64,000 bases of DNA, taken from assembly GCA_043228905.1 (NCBI GenBank), contig JBHGNT010000014.1, forward strand, positions 17,050,001 to 17,114,000, in the 5' to 3' direction. Positions within the stretch are counted from its first letter, which is position 1, and every line of letters starts with the position of its first letter. The translations under genes and the position numbers were made by a program. The notes under the pieces were generated by a model. It saw only the letters and a list, made by a program, of their open reading frames with translations, did not search any database and had not been told where the DNA came from. The stretch is from Azolla caroliniana (lineage: Eukaryota; Plantae; Polypodiophyta). Below, piece after piece: positions 1-11,140 of the stretch.

Positions 1-677
1 AATTTTCTTTTCATGTTATTTACTTTTATATTTACTGTGTAATATTTATTTTATTTTGATTTGTTCTCAAAGCCGAGACAACACTTAAGATGTAATCTCT
101 TATTTGGTCTTATAGGCCATTTTGGCCTCTTAAAAGACGTTAATATATCTTTCTTTCTTTCTTTCTTTCTCTTTATTTGTACAAGTCAGACAGTAATTGC
201 ACAGGTGGGGTCACTACTAAGACACTAAAAAAGGATTACAATAGCCGAGGCAATATCGATATGCCATACACATTATTCATGACCATGAGAATAGTTTGGA
301 TGCATGAGAATTCTGGACCATGTTCCATCACCCTCGTCATTGACAAATGGAGGTCAGTTTTCACTTGGTCCTGAAGGTGCTTCCATTGCTTGGAGATCTT
401 TGCATCTTGGAGTGACCCATGTAAGAGATTTTCTGAAGACAAGTTTGTCTATCTACATTTGAAATCTTAATTCTGGTGATATGTAGATAGATTCTTTAGT
501 ACCCTTTGTTTAGTTACATTGTTGAGTTTTTTTCAATGGTGACAAAATATTGTAAAATGTAGTATCTATTTTTGTCTTATAGGTCATTTTGGGCTCTTAA
601 AAGATGTTAATATAGCATTGTTTTTTTCTCGAAAAAAAAGGAAGAATTAGAACTGATAGGCTTTTCAGTGTTATTTC

Positions 678-809
678 GTAAGAATGCAAGACCTAAGATG
701 TTATATGTTGTGAATGACCTAATTTTCATTAGATGACTAATTGGTAAGAATGCAAGACCTAAGATGTTGTATGTTGTGAATGAACTAATTTTCATTAGAT
801 GACTAATTG
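678..809. repeat. 66-bp tandem duplication (2 copies)
   Basis: GTAAGAATGCAAGACCTAAGATG...TTAGATGACTAATTG starts at 678 and again at 744, near-identical. Confidence 0.9.
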
Positions 810-1156
810 AACATTAACATTATCATTTTCTTCAACATTGGTAACTGGAATCATAGTTTGTAATATTCGCATGTCCAGTTTAGTAGACGTATGCGAACGT
901 TTGCATACGTTCACGTATGATACGTGATATTCGTTTCCCTTTTTGGGTTTTTTTTTTGTGATATACGTGTGTCGCAAGTCTGAGAAGGACCAAACGAACA
1001 AGGAGTGCGACCTCCACCCGCGGCTCTCCTCCTACTATCTTTGCAGCTGGACCAACCGATCATGTTCATCTTCTGCGCCATCTCCCTTTCTGCAGAAGAT
1101 GAACATGATGAAGAAGGATGGTGGAGCAACAACCATGATGATGATGATGGCGGAGC

Positions 1157-1494
1157 TAGCAATGGGCGTGGTTCGGTTTCGGTTCGGTTCGGTTTCTTGG
1201 CCTTGAAACCAAACCATTTATTTATACTGAACCGTTTAAACCAAACCGTCTATGAAAAATTTAGAACCAAACCAAATCAGTTTAGGGTTTGAAATTCAAA
1301 ACCGAACTGCTAAACCATGAAATTCACAACCGAACCGAACCGAAACCGATAAACCATGAAATTCAAAACCAAACCGAACTGGATCATAATATTTGAAACC
1401 AAACAAAATGGTTTATTTATCTTTCAACCAATAAACCGTTAAGCCATGGCTTAACGGTTCGGTTCAGTTTGAGGCGAAACCGTGCCCATTGCTA
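1157..1494. mobile_element. Non-autonomous hAT-type MITE (~338 bp)
   Basis: Terminal inverted repeats TAGCAATGGGC.. (1157) and ..GCCCATTGCTA (1494). Degenerate 8-bp flanks GGCGGAGC / GGTGCAGC (6/8 match). Dense subterminal GGTTC/AACCG motifs that switch orientation. Confidence 0.75.
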
Positions 1495-3183
1495 GGTGCA
1501 GCAACAACTATGGCTCCTTCTGGCGACCCCCAAACTGAACCCCCCCCCCCTATTCCTCTACCCAATCATCATCCCATCTGTGTGCCTGAGAAACTTTGTG
1601 ATAGCTCCACTTATACCCCCAAATCTAGAGGTCCCTTCTGATTGATTTGAGGGAGAGAGAGAGATGGATGGATGTGGTTGCCTTTCAATGTGCTCCAGAT
1701 GGGGAGGAGCCATGGCATGGAAGGCAGAGAAGAGGGTCTGAAGAACAGAGTGAATGGAAAACCAGAGCAGGGGGGATTGGGTAAACAGAAAAAACAGAAC
1801 AAAACAAAGAAACAAAGTAGTAAAAGGAAGCAAACAAATAAATCCCCCATCAGTGTCCAACCACCCCCTAACAAGGGTAGGTCCATGTACATTACACATT
1901 GCAAACATCTGATTTGGCAACGGGCATCTTTTGGTGGGTTTAACAAAAGGCCCAAGGATGATTAACTTTATTCAATTATCCATGAATATTGAACTTCCCA
2001 AATTGACAAGGGTTAGAAAATCCCAAATTTTCAAATGTAAAGACACATATCTATAGATGATATCACCCTTCCGACATAAGAAATAATAAATATAAACATA
2101 AATAAAAATAAAGACGAATGGATTTCAATCATACTTGGAGCCATTTCACGTATGAGTATGATACGAATATTCACGTATGAGTATGACAGGAATGGAAAGT
2201 ATGGGTCGAACTATGACTGGAATGAGAAGTAACTCATATATTTCTGCATTGATGCACAACTGTGCTATATCAGTCGTCTTTGATATTTTGGTAGCCTAGA
2301 TTGTCACCCAATAAAATAAGATTCTATTTTATGAACTGTCTGCAATGGAATGTCCCTTATCACCAGTTGGTGATGTACAATTTTAGATCCACTTGGTTGA
2401 ATGGTTCCAATATTCCACTTGTTCCCTTACTATAGTGTATGTTGTCTCTATGATTGTCATAAGTGGTTCTATGAACCGTTTATCTGCCTTCAATTGCACC
2501 TGCACCCCTTACCTCTTTGGTGAATTTATAAATCCAGCACAATCATGTTTTTGTATAAATCATAGAACGTCAAAGTTGTGGTCCCTTGGTTTTGTGGGTG
2601 TATTGGAATACCTAAAGGGCAGAGATGATGAAAGTTAAGATCATCATAAGATTGCCCCATGATGGATATTTTCAGAGGGCATCAATTCAAGTTTCAATGG
2701 ATCAACTACCAGAATCTGATTGTTGGTTATTTCATTATCACCTTTAGTGCCATCTAGTTTTAGGATACCAGAGTAGAAACATGTTTTTCATTCATTCCTC
2801 CTTTTATTACTCTTACTAATGTGTCAACCAAAACAGGTGTAATCTTTTTTAGGGTTCATATATTATTGTGATCTTTTAGATACATCAATATATCTTTCTT
2901 TCTTTTTTCTTTTCTTTTTTCTTCATCTTACGGATACATGAGAATTTGGTAGGAAATTCATGCTGTAAATATAAAGCCAGGTTTTCAGATTAAGAAAAGT
3001 GAAAAAATAAATATGTGAACATATTTGTGCTAGTTTTCTAAACTGGAAATTTTAGTCATGAGAATATAAAATCATAGAATGTAGCCTTCTTAATACTCCA
3101 TGTGGGTTAAAAACAAGCAGCTGAATGAATATTTCTTATTGAGAACTCAAGTTCACTAATGCTCAATATGGTTTCAGATAAAC

Positions 3184-5478
3184 ATGCTACCACGTTTTGA
3201 GGGCGAAATGGATTTGATGGAGTATAATATTGATCATGATGAGAACACAGAAAACTATATGCCTCTTATGATTCGTGATTGTGTTTTCTCACAAAACAAT
3301 GTTGATAGCGAACTAGATGACATCGTGTTACACGTTGAGGTGAATGCATAATGATGCCACTACACTTCAATTTCTTTGATGACATCAATTATATTACCAT
3401 CATCACTTTGTTTTGATCAGAAAATCAATAAAGAAATGAAAGAATGTACATCGAAAATTCAGCGTTATGAGAGAGAGCTGGACAAGCTGAACAAAATGAA
3501 AAATAAAGAAGCATCTACTATTTCACAGCTTCAAGGTTAGTTATGTAGTTAAATATATTGATCTCTTCCATCATGTAGCTTGTACTTGGAAAATGTGTGG
3601 AACACTTTAGGCTTGTTATTGTTCTCGACATCTTATTATGTTGTATGTGTATGCACTAGGCTTGTTATTCTTCATGTCTTACTATAGGATATGTGATACC
3701 ATTTTGTAGAAATGTCAAGTTTATCGTTGTTAGGTCTTGTGGAATTCATATAATGCATAATCAATATTGAGGATGATGATAAAATTAATTAATTACATAT
3801 GTCTAGATGTTTTGTGGAATTTGAATGAAATATGAACTATAGAGGATGACTAGAACATAATCTGTGTTGTGCTGCCAATAACAGTATATTTTTGTTGTAA
3901 ATAAAAATACTCAGAATCAATAAAGATATTGGAGAATCAAGCTCAGATGCTCCCAAAGAGTAAGGCAGATTTTAGCTATGAGAAATGTGACTTTGATGAG
4001 AAGGATGTCACAGCTGAATATGTAGCTGAACAGTTGTCAAAAGTGACTAGTCCTGCGAGTTTTATCTTAGAGTCGTTATCAGAAGGGATTTTCCCTTCAT
4101 CAGAGATACTAGGAACGGTTTCTTTGGTGGCATCGACTAAGAATAGACAATTAAGCAAGTATATCTCTGGAACATCTAGCTCAGTTTTTGCAGAGTTGAT
4201 GTCTTCTCTGATAAATAACTGGTAATCTTGACTGTATAGGGCACTAGCTTACTTTATTGGACAAGATAATATGCTTGCCATTGTTTGCAAAACAACTGAA
4301 GCTGCAGACCTGCTTATTAGTTTTGGTGGAAGAGAGGGGGCTGATGATGATTCATTGGGACTACAAAGGTTTACAAAAAGAAAAAACAAGCCAGTGCATG
4401 GTAAACTGCGAATATATATGCTCGAGGAAATGCGGTATGAATAAGATCATGGCAAGATGATACGATGTTATGTTGGATAGCATCGAAGGTTGTGTAAATA
4501 ATGCTTGAGATTTGTTTTATTATTAATTTATATATAGGTGCTATTGCCATAAGGTAGATGAAAGGCATCCACAAAGGTTGTTGAAGATGGAAGAACCAAG
4601 GTTAAGGAATGGTGCCATTCCGGAGGGTTTCATAGGTTATGCTGTCAACATGCTTGTCTTAAATGATGACCTTGTGAAGCTGAAGACGAGCAAAGGTGGA
4701 CTACGGGAAACCTTATTCTATCATTTGTTTAAGAATCTTCAGGTGTATGAAACATCAAAGCATCTTAGCCGGGCAAGAGAAGCTTTAACCTCGGGTGGCA
4801 TATCTCTGGATGGCACCTTCATTCATCAAAAACGAGGAAGCAAATATTTTGGAAAATGGTGAGTACACAATTCTTGATGTGAATGTTAGTTTATACAAAT
4901 TGAGTTTTGCCTAATCTTAGGGTAATAAATAGGAAGTCTTGTGGAAAATATTGTTTTGGAACTGATGATGAAACGTTGGGCTAAATCTTTAGAATGTGTA
5001 CGCTATTTTTAGCGCAACATCTTGTTGAAATATTATGTTTCTTATATTATATTTGGGGTAACTTTTGTGTTATACAAATATATAGTCAAATTACTTCATG
5101 AAATATTTTTGAAAATTATAGCCTTAGTGCCCTGCTGTTATCCTTGTTGATACCTATTTGACCTTTGTTGGTGGGGATTTGTTATGTTGTAGGGAAGATG
5201 TAGATATAATATTCCCTGTTTATTCAGGGAGATGCAAGGTACCTTCAATTCATTCCTTGTATGAAAGCTTACAGAGAAAACAAGTTGAAGACAAATTATG
5301 CAAGAAGAAAGAAGACCTCAATAGGTTCACCGAGAGTACTAATTTGTTCATGGATAGAATTGAATATGTCAAAACAAATATCAGAGTTTATCACGAAAGG
5401 CTTTCGGAATGCAAGGAAAGAAAGGCAGCAATAGAAGGTGAACGCAAGAAATACAATGAATTAATGCAAAAAACCTAG
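3184..5478 (+). CDS. DMS3: DMS3-like (DEFECTIVE IN MERISTEM SILENCING 3 / GMI1 C-terminal) SMC-hinge-like protein, ~438 aa; exons 3184-3339, 3421-3535, 3915-4158, 4240-4434, 4538-4858, 5193-5478
   Basis: All five GT..AG introns splice in frame. Motifs match DMS3 as I recall it: KIQRYERELDKLNKMKNK coiled coil, LAYFIGQDNMLAIVCKT, PRLRNGAIPEGFIGYAVNM, GLRETLFYHLFKNLQVY, GGISLDG, EDVDIIFP and a C-terminal coiled coil. An acceptor AG at 3176-3177 suggests a further upstream (UTR or coding) exon. Confidence 0.88.
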
Positions 5479-6590
5479 TGGTTATTCAGGGCGAGCATTA
5501 ATGAAGTTTTCATATCAACACTAATTTTTCCATGTAAAGGTGTAAACAATGTAGAGCGGCACTGCATCTTTTATTAACCTCTTTTATCTCACAACTAGCA
5601 GGATGTATGGGGTAATGACATCAAGGAAAAGGAAGAACATTACTTTGTATACAGTTTTCCATGAATGTATTATGAATACATGTACATTTTGTTGAAATGA
5701 TAATGTAGTTTGTAGCTTCTAGCTTGCAGGAAACCATATGGGAAGGGTATTCTGGATTTTTCCTACAGAAATGCCAAATGCCTTTATAACATTGCATTCT
5801 TACATCCACGCCCGTCCAAGGAACCATGCATGGGGACTAATTTATTAAGGCAGGCCCCATTTTGGTGAGGATAAGCTTTGACAATCACCCACTTCACACC
5901 TGTATTGTTCATTATAACACCTTATTCTTCACAACATCTCTTCATGTTGGAACAAGGTGTTCCCACTCAGTGCATGGTTCTATAGTAATGGGTTTATACA
6001 TCCATGTTGATCATTCATCGAGGGGTCTGGACCAATGTATATACTAGAGAGTTGGGTGAGAGTGGTTGATTTTCTTTGGATCTCATAGTTGGTCTTTGGT
6101 ACCAATGGCAATGTCTTCATGAGCCAGGCTACGTATGATAGGTACTTAACACACTTTTCTTACGTATGTGTGTGAACCCAAAATTGTCAATTAGAGGCCA
6201 AATTTGGGGTGGTTGATGCAATGAAATGACTTTAACACTACAACGAAGTTTAATAAATGCATGTTGGTGTGTTTGTGTAGATCAAACATGTAATATAGCA
6301 ATTATCTCTATCTAATGGTGCTTGTGATTACCTTGGAAGTTCCCCATGGACATCTAACCTATCCCAACACTTGCTCATATAATAAACATATGGTACACAT
6401 CGTTTCAGAGGGGGGTTTTTGTTGATCTGGCAGAGATATGTATATGCCTGCTTGTTATTCCATTCAGGACTCACATTGCTATAACAATTACAGTAGAGCT
6501 TGTTATTCCTCAACAACTGGATAATTACAATTACACAACTCAGTCTATATTAACAAATTATTACTGACACCATACATAGCCTCAATGCCT

Positions 6591-6748
6591 AAATTTTGCA
6601 TCACACGATCCAATAGTTTTTTTGTTAATAGTCTCAATTTCTTAGCTTTGGATAGTGCAATCTAATAGCTTAAAATTTTTGCATAACACAATCCAATAGT
6701 TTTTTAGTTATAGTCTCAATTTCAATGTTTTGGATAGTGCAGTCCAAT
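6591..6748. repeat. ~83-bp degenerate tandem duplication
   Basis: TTTTGCAT.ACAC.ATCCAATAGTTTTT...TAGTCTCAATTTC...TTTGGATAGTGCA occurs twice in tandem. Confidence 0.8.
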
Positions 6749-7251
6749 AAATAATGAAACAGTCAATAGAATGCATCTTCTTCTTGTATGAAAGAATCCC
6801 AATCCAAACACATTTGAATGAAATGTTACTCTAAAAGAATGCAAAAAGAAACAATGAAAAATAAGAGAAAAGAACCTGACTAACTGATACATTAGAGACC
6901 ATTTAGCAACACATCACCAGAATCAATTCAAATGAAATTAATCAACAAATGGATGGTCTAATGTATCCCTATATGTTTAAGACAAGCAATAAATTCTCTC
7001 TCATTGCATCAATTGAATATGATGATCATGACAACAATTAATTATGATGATGAAGACGACTAATGATGTTGATAATGCTGATTAACGATGATAATTTCAC
7101 GATGGACACAACAATTGGAGATTCTTCCATCAAGGAATCTGTCTTCTGCATCCTATGGAATCTCTGAATGGTAAAATCCATTGAATTTCCTCGTAAGATC
7201 CAAAGGAACATCTTTTAAAAACATAGAATATCTTGATAAATCCATGGAACC

Positions 7252-9519
7252 TTAGGCCTCCTCTGATATCCGATGCTCTTCTTGCGCTGATTTCAATGGA
7301 GTGGATGATGATTCCTTGATGGGTTCTTCCACATCCCTTGATTCCGTTGTTGTACTTACATCTGGTGCTACTAGTGAGTCTTTGTTATGTCCTTCCACTG
7401 ATGGAGAGAAAGATTCTGTTGGAGATTCTGGTGAATCCTTTGTGATAGATTCCTTGATGGGCTCTTCCACTACAGGTAATCCATTCATGGAAGCTTCTAT
7501 TGCATTTAATTGCTTGATGGGCTCCTCCAATTCAGTTGATTCCTTGGTGAAATCTTCCACAGTACTTGAATCCTTGATGGAATCTTCAATTATATTTGAA
7601 TTCTCAGTGGAATCTTCAATAGTATTTGAATGAGTGACCGAATCTTTCTCTAAATTTGAATCTTTGATGGAATCCTCCACTGTACTTGATTCCTTGATGT
7701 GTTCTTCGGATTCTGTTTTAGATTCAACTGCTAAAGGTGCATCATGGATAGATTCCTTGATGCCAGTTGATTCTGCAATGGATTCTGTTGCACTCTCTGG
7801 TACAGTTGATGAATCTACTTTTATGTATTCTTCTACCACTGTAGCTGAATATTCTTCCACTCTCTCAGATTCTGCTACAGATTCTTCTAAACTAGAATCT
7901 TTAGTAGAGTCTTTGATACGTTGATCCACTTCCGCAGTGTAATTAGGTTCCTCTCCAGATTCTAGAATCTTCTCTGCAACTGTATCAACAGAATAAGATT
8001 CCTCCCCAGATTCCTGAATCTTCTCTACAACTGTAACAACAGAATAAGATTCCTTTGCCGATTCCAAAATTTGGGGTTTATCTTGCGTTTCTGCAAAACC
8101 CTCTTTTGGGCCAGATGATTCAGGTTCTTCTGCAGTAGATTCTAATGTCTTCTGAGGCACTTCGACAAATTCCAAATCTTCAAGAATCTTCACTTCGGAG
8201 CTAGAAGATTCTTCTACACTAGATTCCAGAATCTTCTTAGATACCGCACTCACTTCAGATTCTTCTAGAACCTTCTCTTCGGAAGGAAGTTCTACAATCT
8301 TCTTTGATTCTTCCAGAGTTGCAGGATCTTCCAGAATCTTCTTAGATACCTCATTCACTTCAGATTCTTCTAGAACCTTCTCTTCGGAAGGAGGTTCTGC
8401 AATCTTCTTCGATTCTTCCAGAGTTGCAGGAACTTCCAGAATCTTCTTAGATACCTCATTCACTTCAGATTCTTCTAGAACCTTCTCTTCGGGATGAGGT
8501 TCTGCAATCTTCTTTGATTCTTCCAGAGTTGCAGGATCTTCCAGAATCTTCTTAGATACCTCATTCACTTCAGATTCTTCTAGAACCTTCTCTTCGGAAG
8601 GAGGTTCTGCAATCTTCTTCGATTCTTCCAGAGTTGCAGGAACTTCCAGAATCTTCTTAGATACCTCACTCACTTCAGATTCTTCTAGAACCTTCTCTTC
8701 GGGATGAGGTTCTATGATCTTCGTTGATTCTTCCGCAGTTGCAGGATCTTCCAGAATCTTTAATCCATCGCCAGAAGTTTTTAGAGTAATAGATTCCGGA
8801 ATCTTTGTGGGTTCATCCACAACTACAAATTGGTCAAGGCCATTTTCTTTTGAAGCAAAGCCTTCATGATCTTCTCTTGCGATATATTCAGGAATCTTCT
8901 CTTCTTGGATGGAGGATTCCAGGATCGTCTTGAGATCCTCCGCAGGCTCAGATTCTTCCAGAATCTGCTTCTTCTCAGGGAGGGTAACGAAATTCCCTGT
9001 TCTAATATCTGTTTCATTGACAGCTACAGTTTCTGCTGCTTCTTCTTCAATGCCATGAAATTGCTTCTCTGAAGAAATGCAGGATTCATTCTCTTCGTCT
9101 CTGATTACTTCTTCTTTTTCTTCTTGCGAATCTTTAGCTTTCTCTGCCTTTCCTTCTTCTTCTTCTTGTTCTTCTTGAAATTCTTTCTGTTTCTCAACCT
9201 TCTCTTCTTCTTCTGGAATCTTTTTCTCTGATTCCTCTTCTTCTTCTTCTTGAATCTTTTTTTCTGCTTCTTCTCCTTCTGATTTCTGAGTTTCTTTCTT
9301 TGTTGCTTCTTCTTCTGATTTCTTTGTTTCTTTCTCTTCTTCTTCTTCTTCTTCAATTATAACTTGTTTTTCATCAATTTCCTCAGATTTTGTGATCTTC
9401 TGCTGGGATTGTGGATCATTCGCTACCTTCTGGTCTTGGAGCTCTAACTTTACTTTCTCTGTAGGTTCCATGGAACCTTCATATTCCAGAGTTTTGGGCT
9501 TACTAGAGCAAGCTCCCAT
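7252..9519 (-). CDS. Intronless 755-aa Glu/Ser/Lys-rich, probably disordered protein with N-terminal myristoylation/S-acylation motif
   Basis: Uninterrupted 2268-bp ORF in AT-rich context. Starts MGACSSKPK (Gly2, Cys4, Ser6, Lys7). Very acidic, internal tandem repeats, no recognisable folded domain. Confidence 0.85.
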   Translation of the reverse strand: MGACSSKPKTLEYEGSMEPTEKVKLELQDQKVANDPQSQQKITKSEEIDEKQVIIEEEEEEEKETKKSEEEATKKETQKSEGEEAEKKIQEEEEEESEKKIPEEEEKVEKQKEFQEEQEEEEGKAEKAKDSQEEKEEVIRDEENESCISSEKQFHGIEEEAAETVAVNETDIRTGNFVTLPEKKQILEESEPAEDLKTILESSIQEEKIPEYIAREDHEGFASKENGLDQFVVVDEPTKIPESITLKTSGDGLKILEDPATAEESTKIIEPHPEEKVLEESEVSEVSKKILEVPATLEESKKIAEPPSEEKVLEESEVNEVSKKILEDPATLEESKKIAEPHPEEKVLEESEVNEVSKKILEVPATLEESKKIAEPPSEEKVLEESEVNEVSKKILEDPATLEESKKIVELPSEEKVLEESEVSAVSKKILESSVEESSSSEVKILEDLEFVEVPQKTLESTAEEPESSGPKEGFAETQDKPQILESAKESYSVVTVVEKIQESGEESYSVDTVAEKILESGEEPNYTAEVDQRIKDSTKDSSLEESVAESERVEEYSATVVEEYIKVDSSTVPESATESIAESTGIKESIHDAPLAVESKTESEEHIKESSTVEDSIKDSNLEKDSVTHSNTIEDSTENSNIIEDSIKDSSTVEDFTKESTELEEPIKQLNAIEASMNGLPVVEEPIKESITKDSPESPTESFSPSVEGHNKDSLVAPDVSTTTESRDVEEPIKESSSTPLKSAQEEHRISEEA
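8225..8760 (-). repeat. Coding minisatellite, 105 bp / 35 aa x ~5, with 210-bp higher-order alternation
   Basis: TCTTCGG anchor at 8276, 8381, 8486, 8591 and 8696. Units alternate EPHPEEKVLEESEV..KKILEVPATL and EPPSEEKVLEESEV..KKILEDPATL. Confidence 0.9.
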
Positions 9520-9579
9520 CTTCGTTTCAGAGGAAAGATTGGAGTAAATAAATAAAAATTTTAAACACTACGCGGGTCA

Positions 9580-10108
9580 CTCTGTGTTTCTCTGCAGTTT
9601 GGCTATGGAAATTAAGCAAAATCTAAAAATTCAGCACAAAGAAAAAAGAAAACAAGAAAAGAAATTTAAAAGGGTAAGAAAGAAGACAAAAAATTAAACA
9701 TCAATTTTCGGCAAAGCTAATTTCCCTGCAGGTAGTAGGCTATGGACTAAAGATGAATGCAAGGATTTGAGGTCTTTTTGTGCTGTTTTTTTCTCTGCAG
9801 TTAGGGCTATGGAAAACGATTACAAAAGATGGAATTTCCGCGCCTTTGTTTTTCCTATTATTTATGAGCAGGAAAGAGAAAAGAAATTAAAGGGGGAGGA
9901 AGGGGGGATACTCTGTTTTTTTCTGCAGGCTGGCTATGGCGAACAAAAAAAATCAATGCAGAGATTTGAGTGATGTTTGTTTTCTGAGATTACTAGCTTT
10001 TGCAGGAAAAGAAGATGATGAAGAAGAGACTCTGTTTTTTTCTGCAGTTTGGCTATGGAAAAAAAAACAATATGCTCTGTTTTTCCTCTGAAGTTTTTTG
10101 GATATGGG
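9580..10108 (-). promoter_or_regulatory. Six dispersed copies of a ~30-bp motif upstream of the Glu-rich gene
   Basis: Plus-strand consensus CTCTGTTTTTTCTGCAGTTTGGCTATGGAAA at ~9580, 9721, 9783, 9911, 10030 and 10075. A regulatory role is only inferred from position. Confidence 0.5.
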
Positions 10109-10933
10109 AGAAAAAAAAAATTAAAACAATTGAAGCAGAAACAAAAAAAACGAAAAAAATCAGTTTTTGTTGGAAAAAAAAACAATAAAAACATTTTTTT
10201 GGGAAAAAAAAACAATTTAAAAAACAATTAATGACCCAAAAAGAATGTGATTACATTTTATTTTTATTTATATACCTATGTATATTTTGTTTTTTTATTT
10301 TTTTACTTTATTTTATATACTTTATTTATTATTTAATTTTTCTTTGTTTATATAAATCTGTTCAATTTACTGTTTCTGTTTTTTATTTTTATTTTTATTT
10401 TCAACCATCATGTTTTTCTTGGATTTTTTTTTAAAGGCAATTTTAGTTGATTATGGAGTTATATATATATTCAAGAAATTATTATGGACTAATCAAAAAA
10501 TTCAAGAACTCTCTAGATATTATTAATTTCATATCCTTTTTCCTTTTATTTTATTTTATATTTTATTTTAGAATTTAGAATTTATATTTTTCTTTTACTT
10601 TGTTTTCATATTTTTATCTTGTTTTCAATAATTTACTTATTAAAAAAAAAACAAAAATCTCATTCTTAATAACATTTATGTATATACAAAACTAAAAAGC
10701 TTTGGATATTTGTTTAAGAGAAGTAGAAAAAGGCTTGTATAATGAATTAAAAAAGACATGAGAAATTTGTTTTCTTGACTCACCAAGAAACACATATAAC
10801 ACACACAAAAAGCTTCCTCTCTTTTCATTTACTTACAAAGTTACATACATACATACATACATACATACATCCCCTTGTCTTCATCTTCCCCTCCACATCA
10901 TTTACCAACACATGTTCGTACCTCGTTTATTAT

Positions 10934-11140
10934 GTTTACGGTTTACGGTTTACGGTTTACAGTTTACAAACCCCCCCCCCCCCCCCCCCTGCATTGGAGC
11001 TTCCTTTCCCAATCACACTCAAAAAGAAGAAGAAGAACACAGAGCACAGGCACATCCGCCTGCCCGCCTGCTCTCAAGCAACCTAAGACTCGCTACATTC
11101 TGACATGATGGCATGATTCTAACCCTAAACCCTAAACCCT
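10934..11140. repeat. Telomere-like heptamers: (GTTTACG)n at 10934-10967 and (CCCTAAA)n telo-box array at 11119-11140
   Basis: Directly visible short 7-mer tandem arrays, next to (CATA)n and poly-C tracts. Confidence 0.7.

Noticed and set aside
177-2638. Short ORFs in the first 2.6 kb and a ~45-bp dispersed direct repeat (~104 and ~570)
   Set aside because: No recognisable domains or spliceable exon chain. The repeat has no LTR or TIR hallmarks.
9105-10434. Lys-rich and Phe-rich ORFs
   Set aside because: They are alternate frames of the Glu-rich gene or translations of A/T homopolymer tracts.
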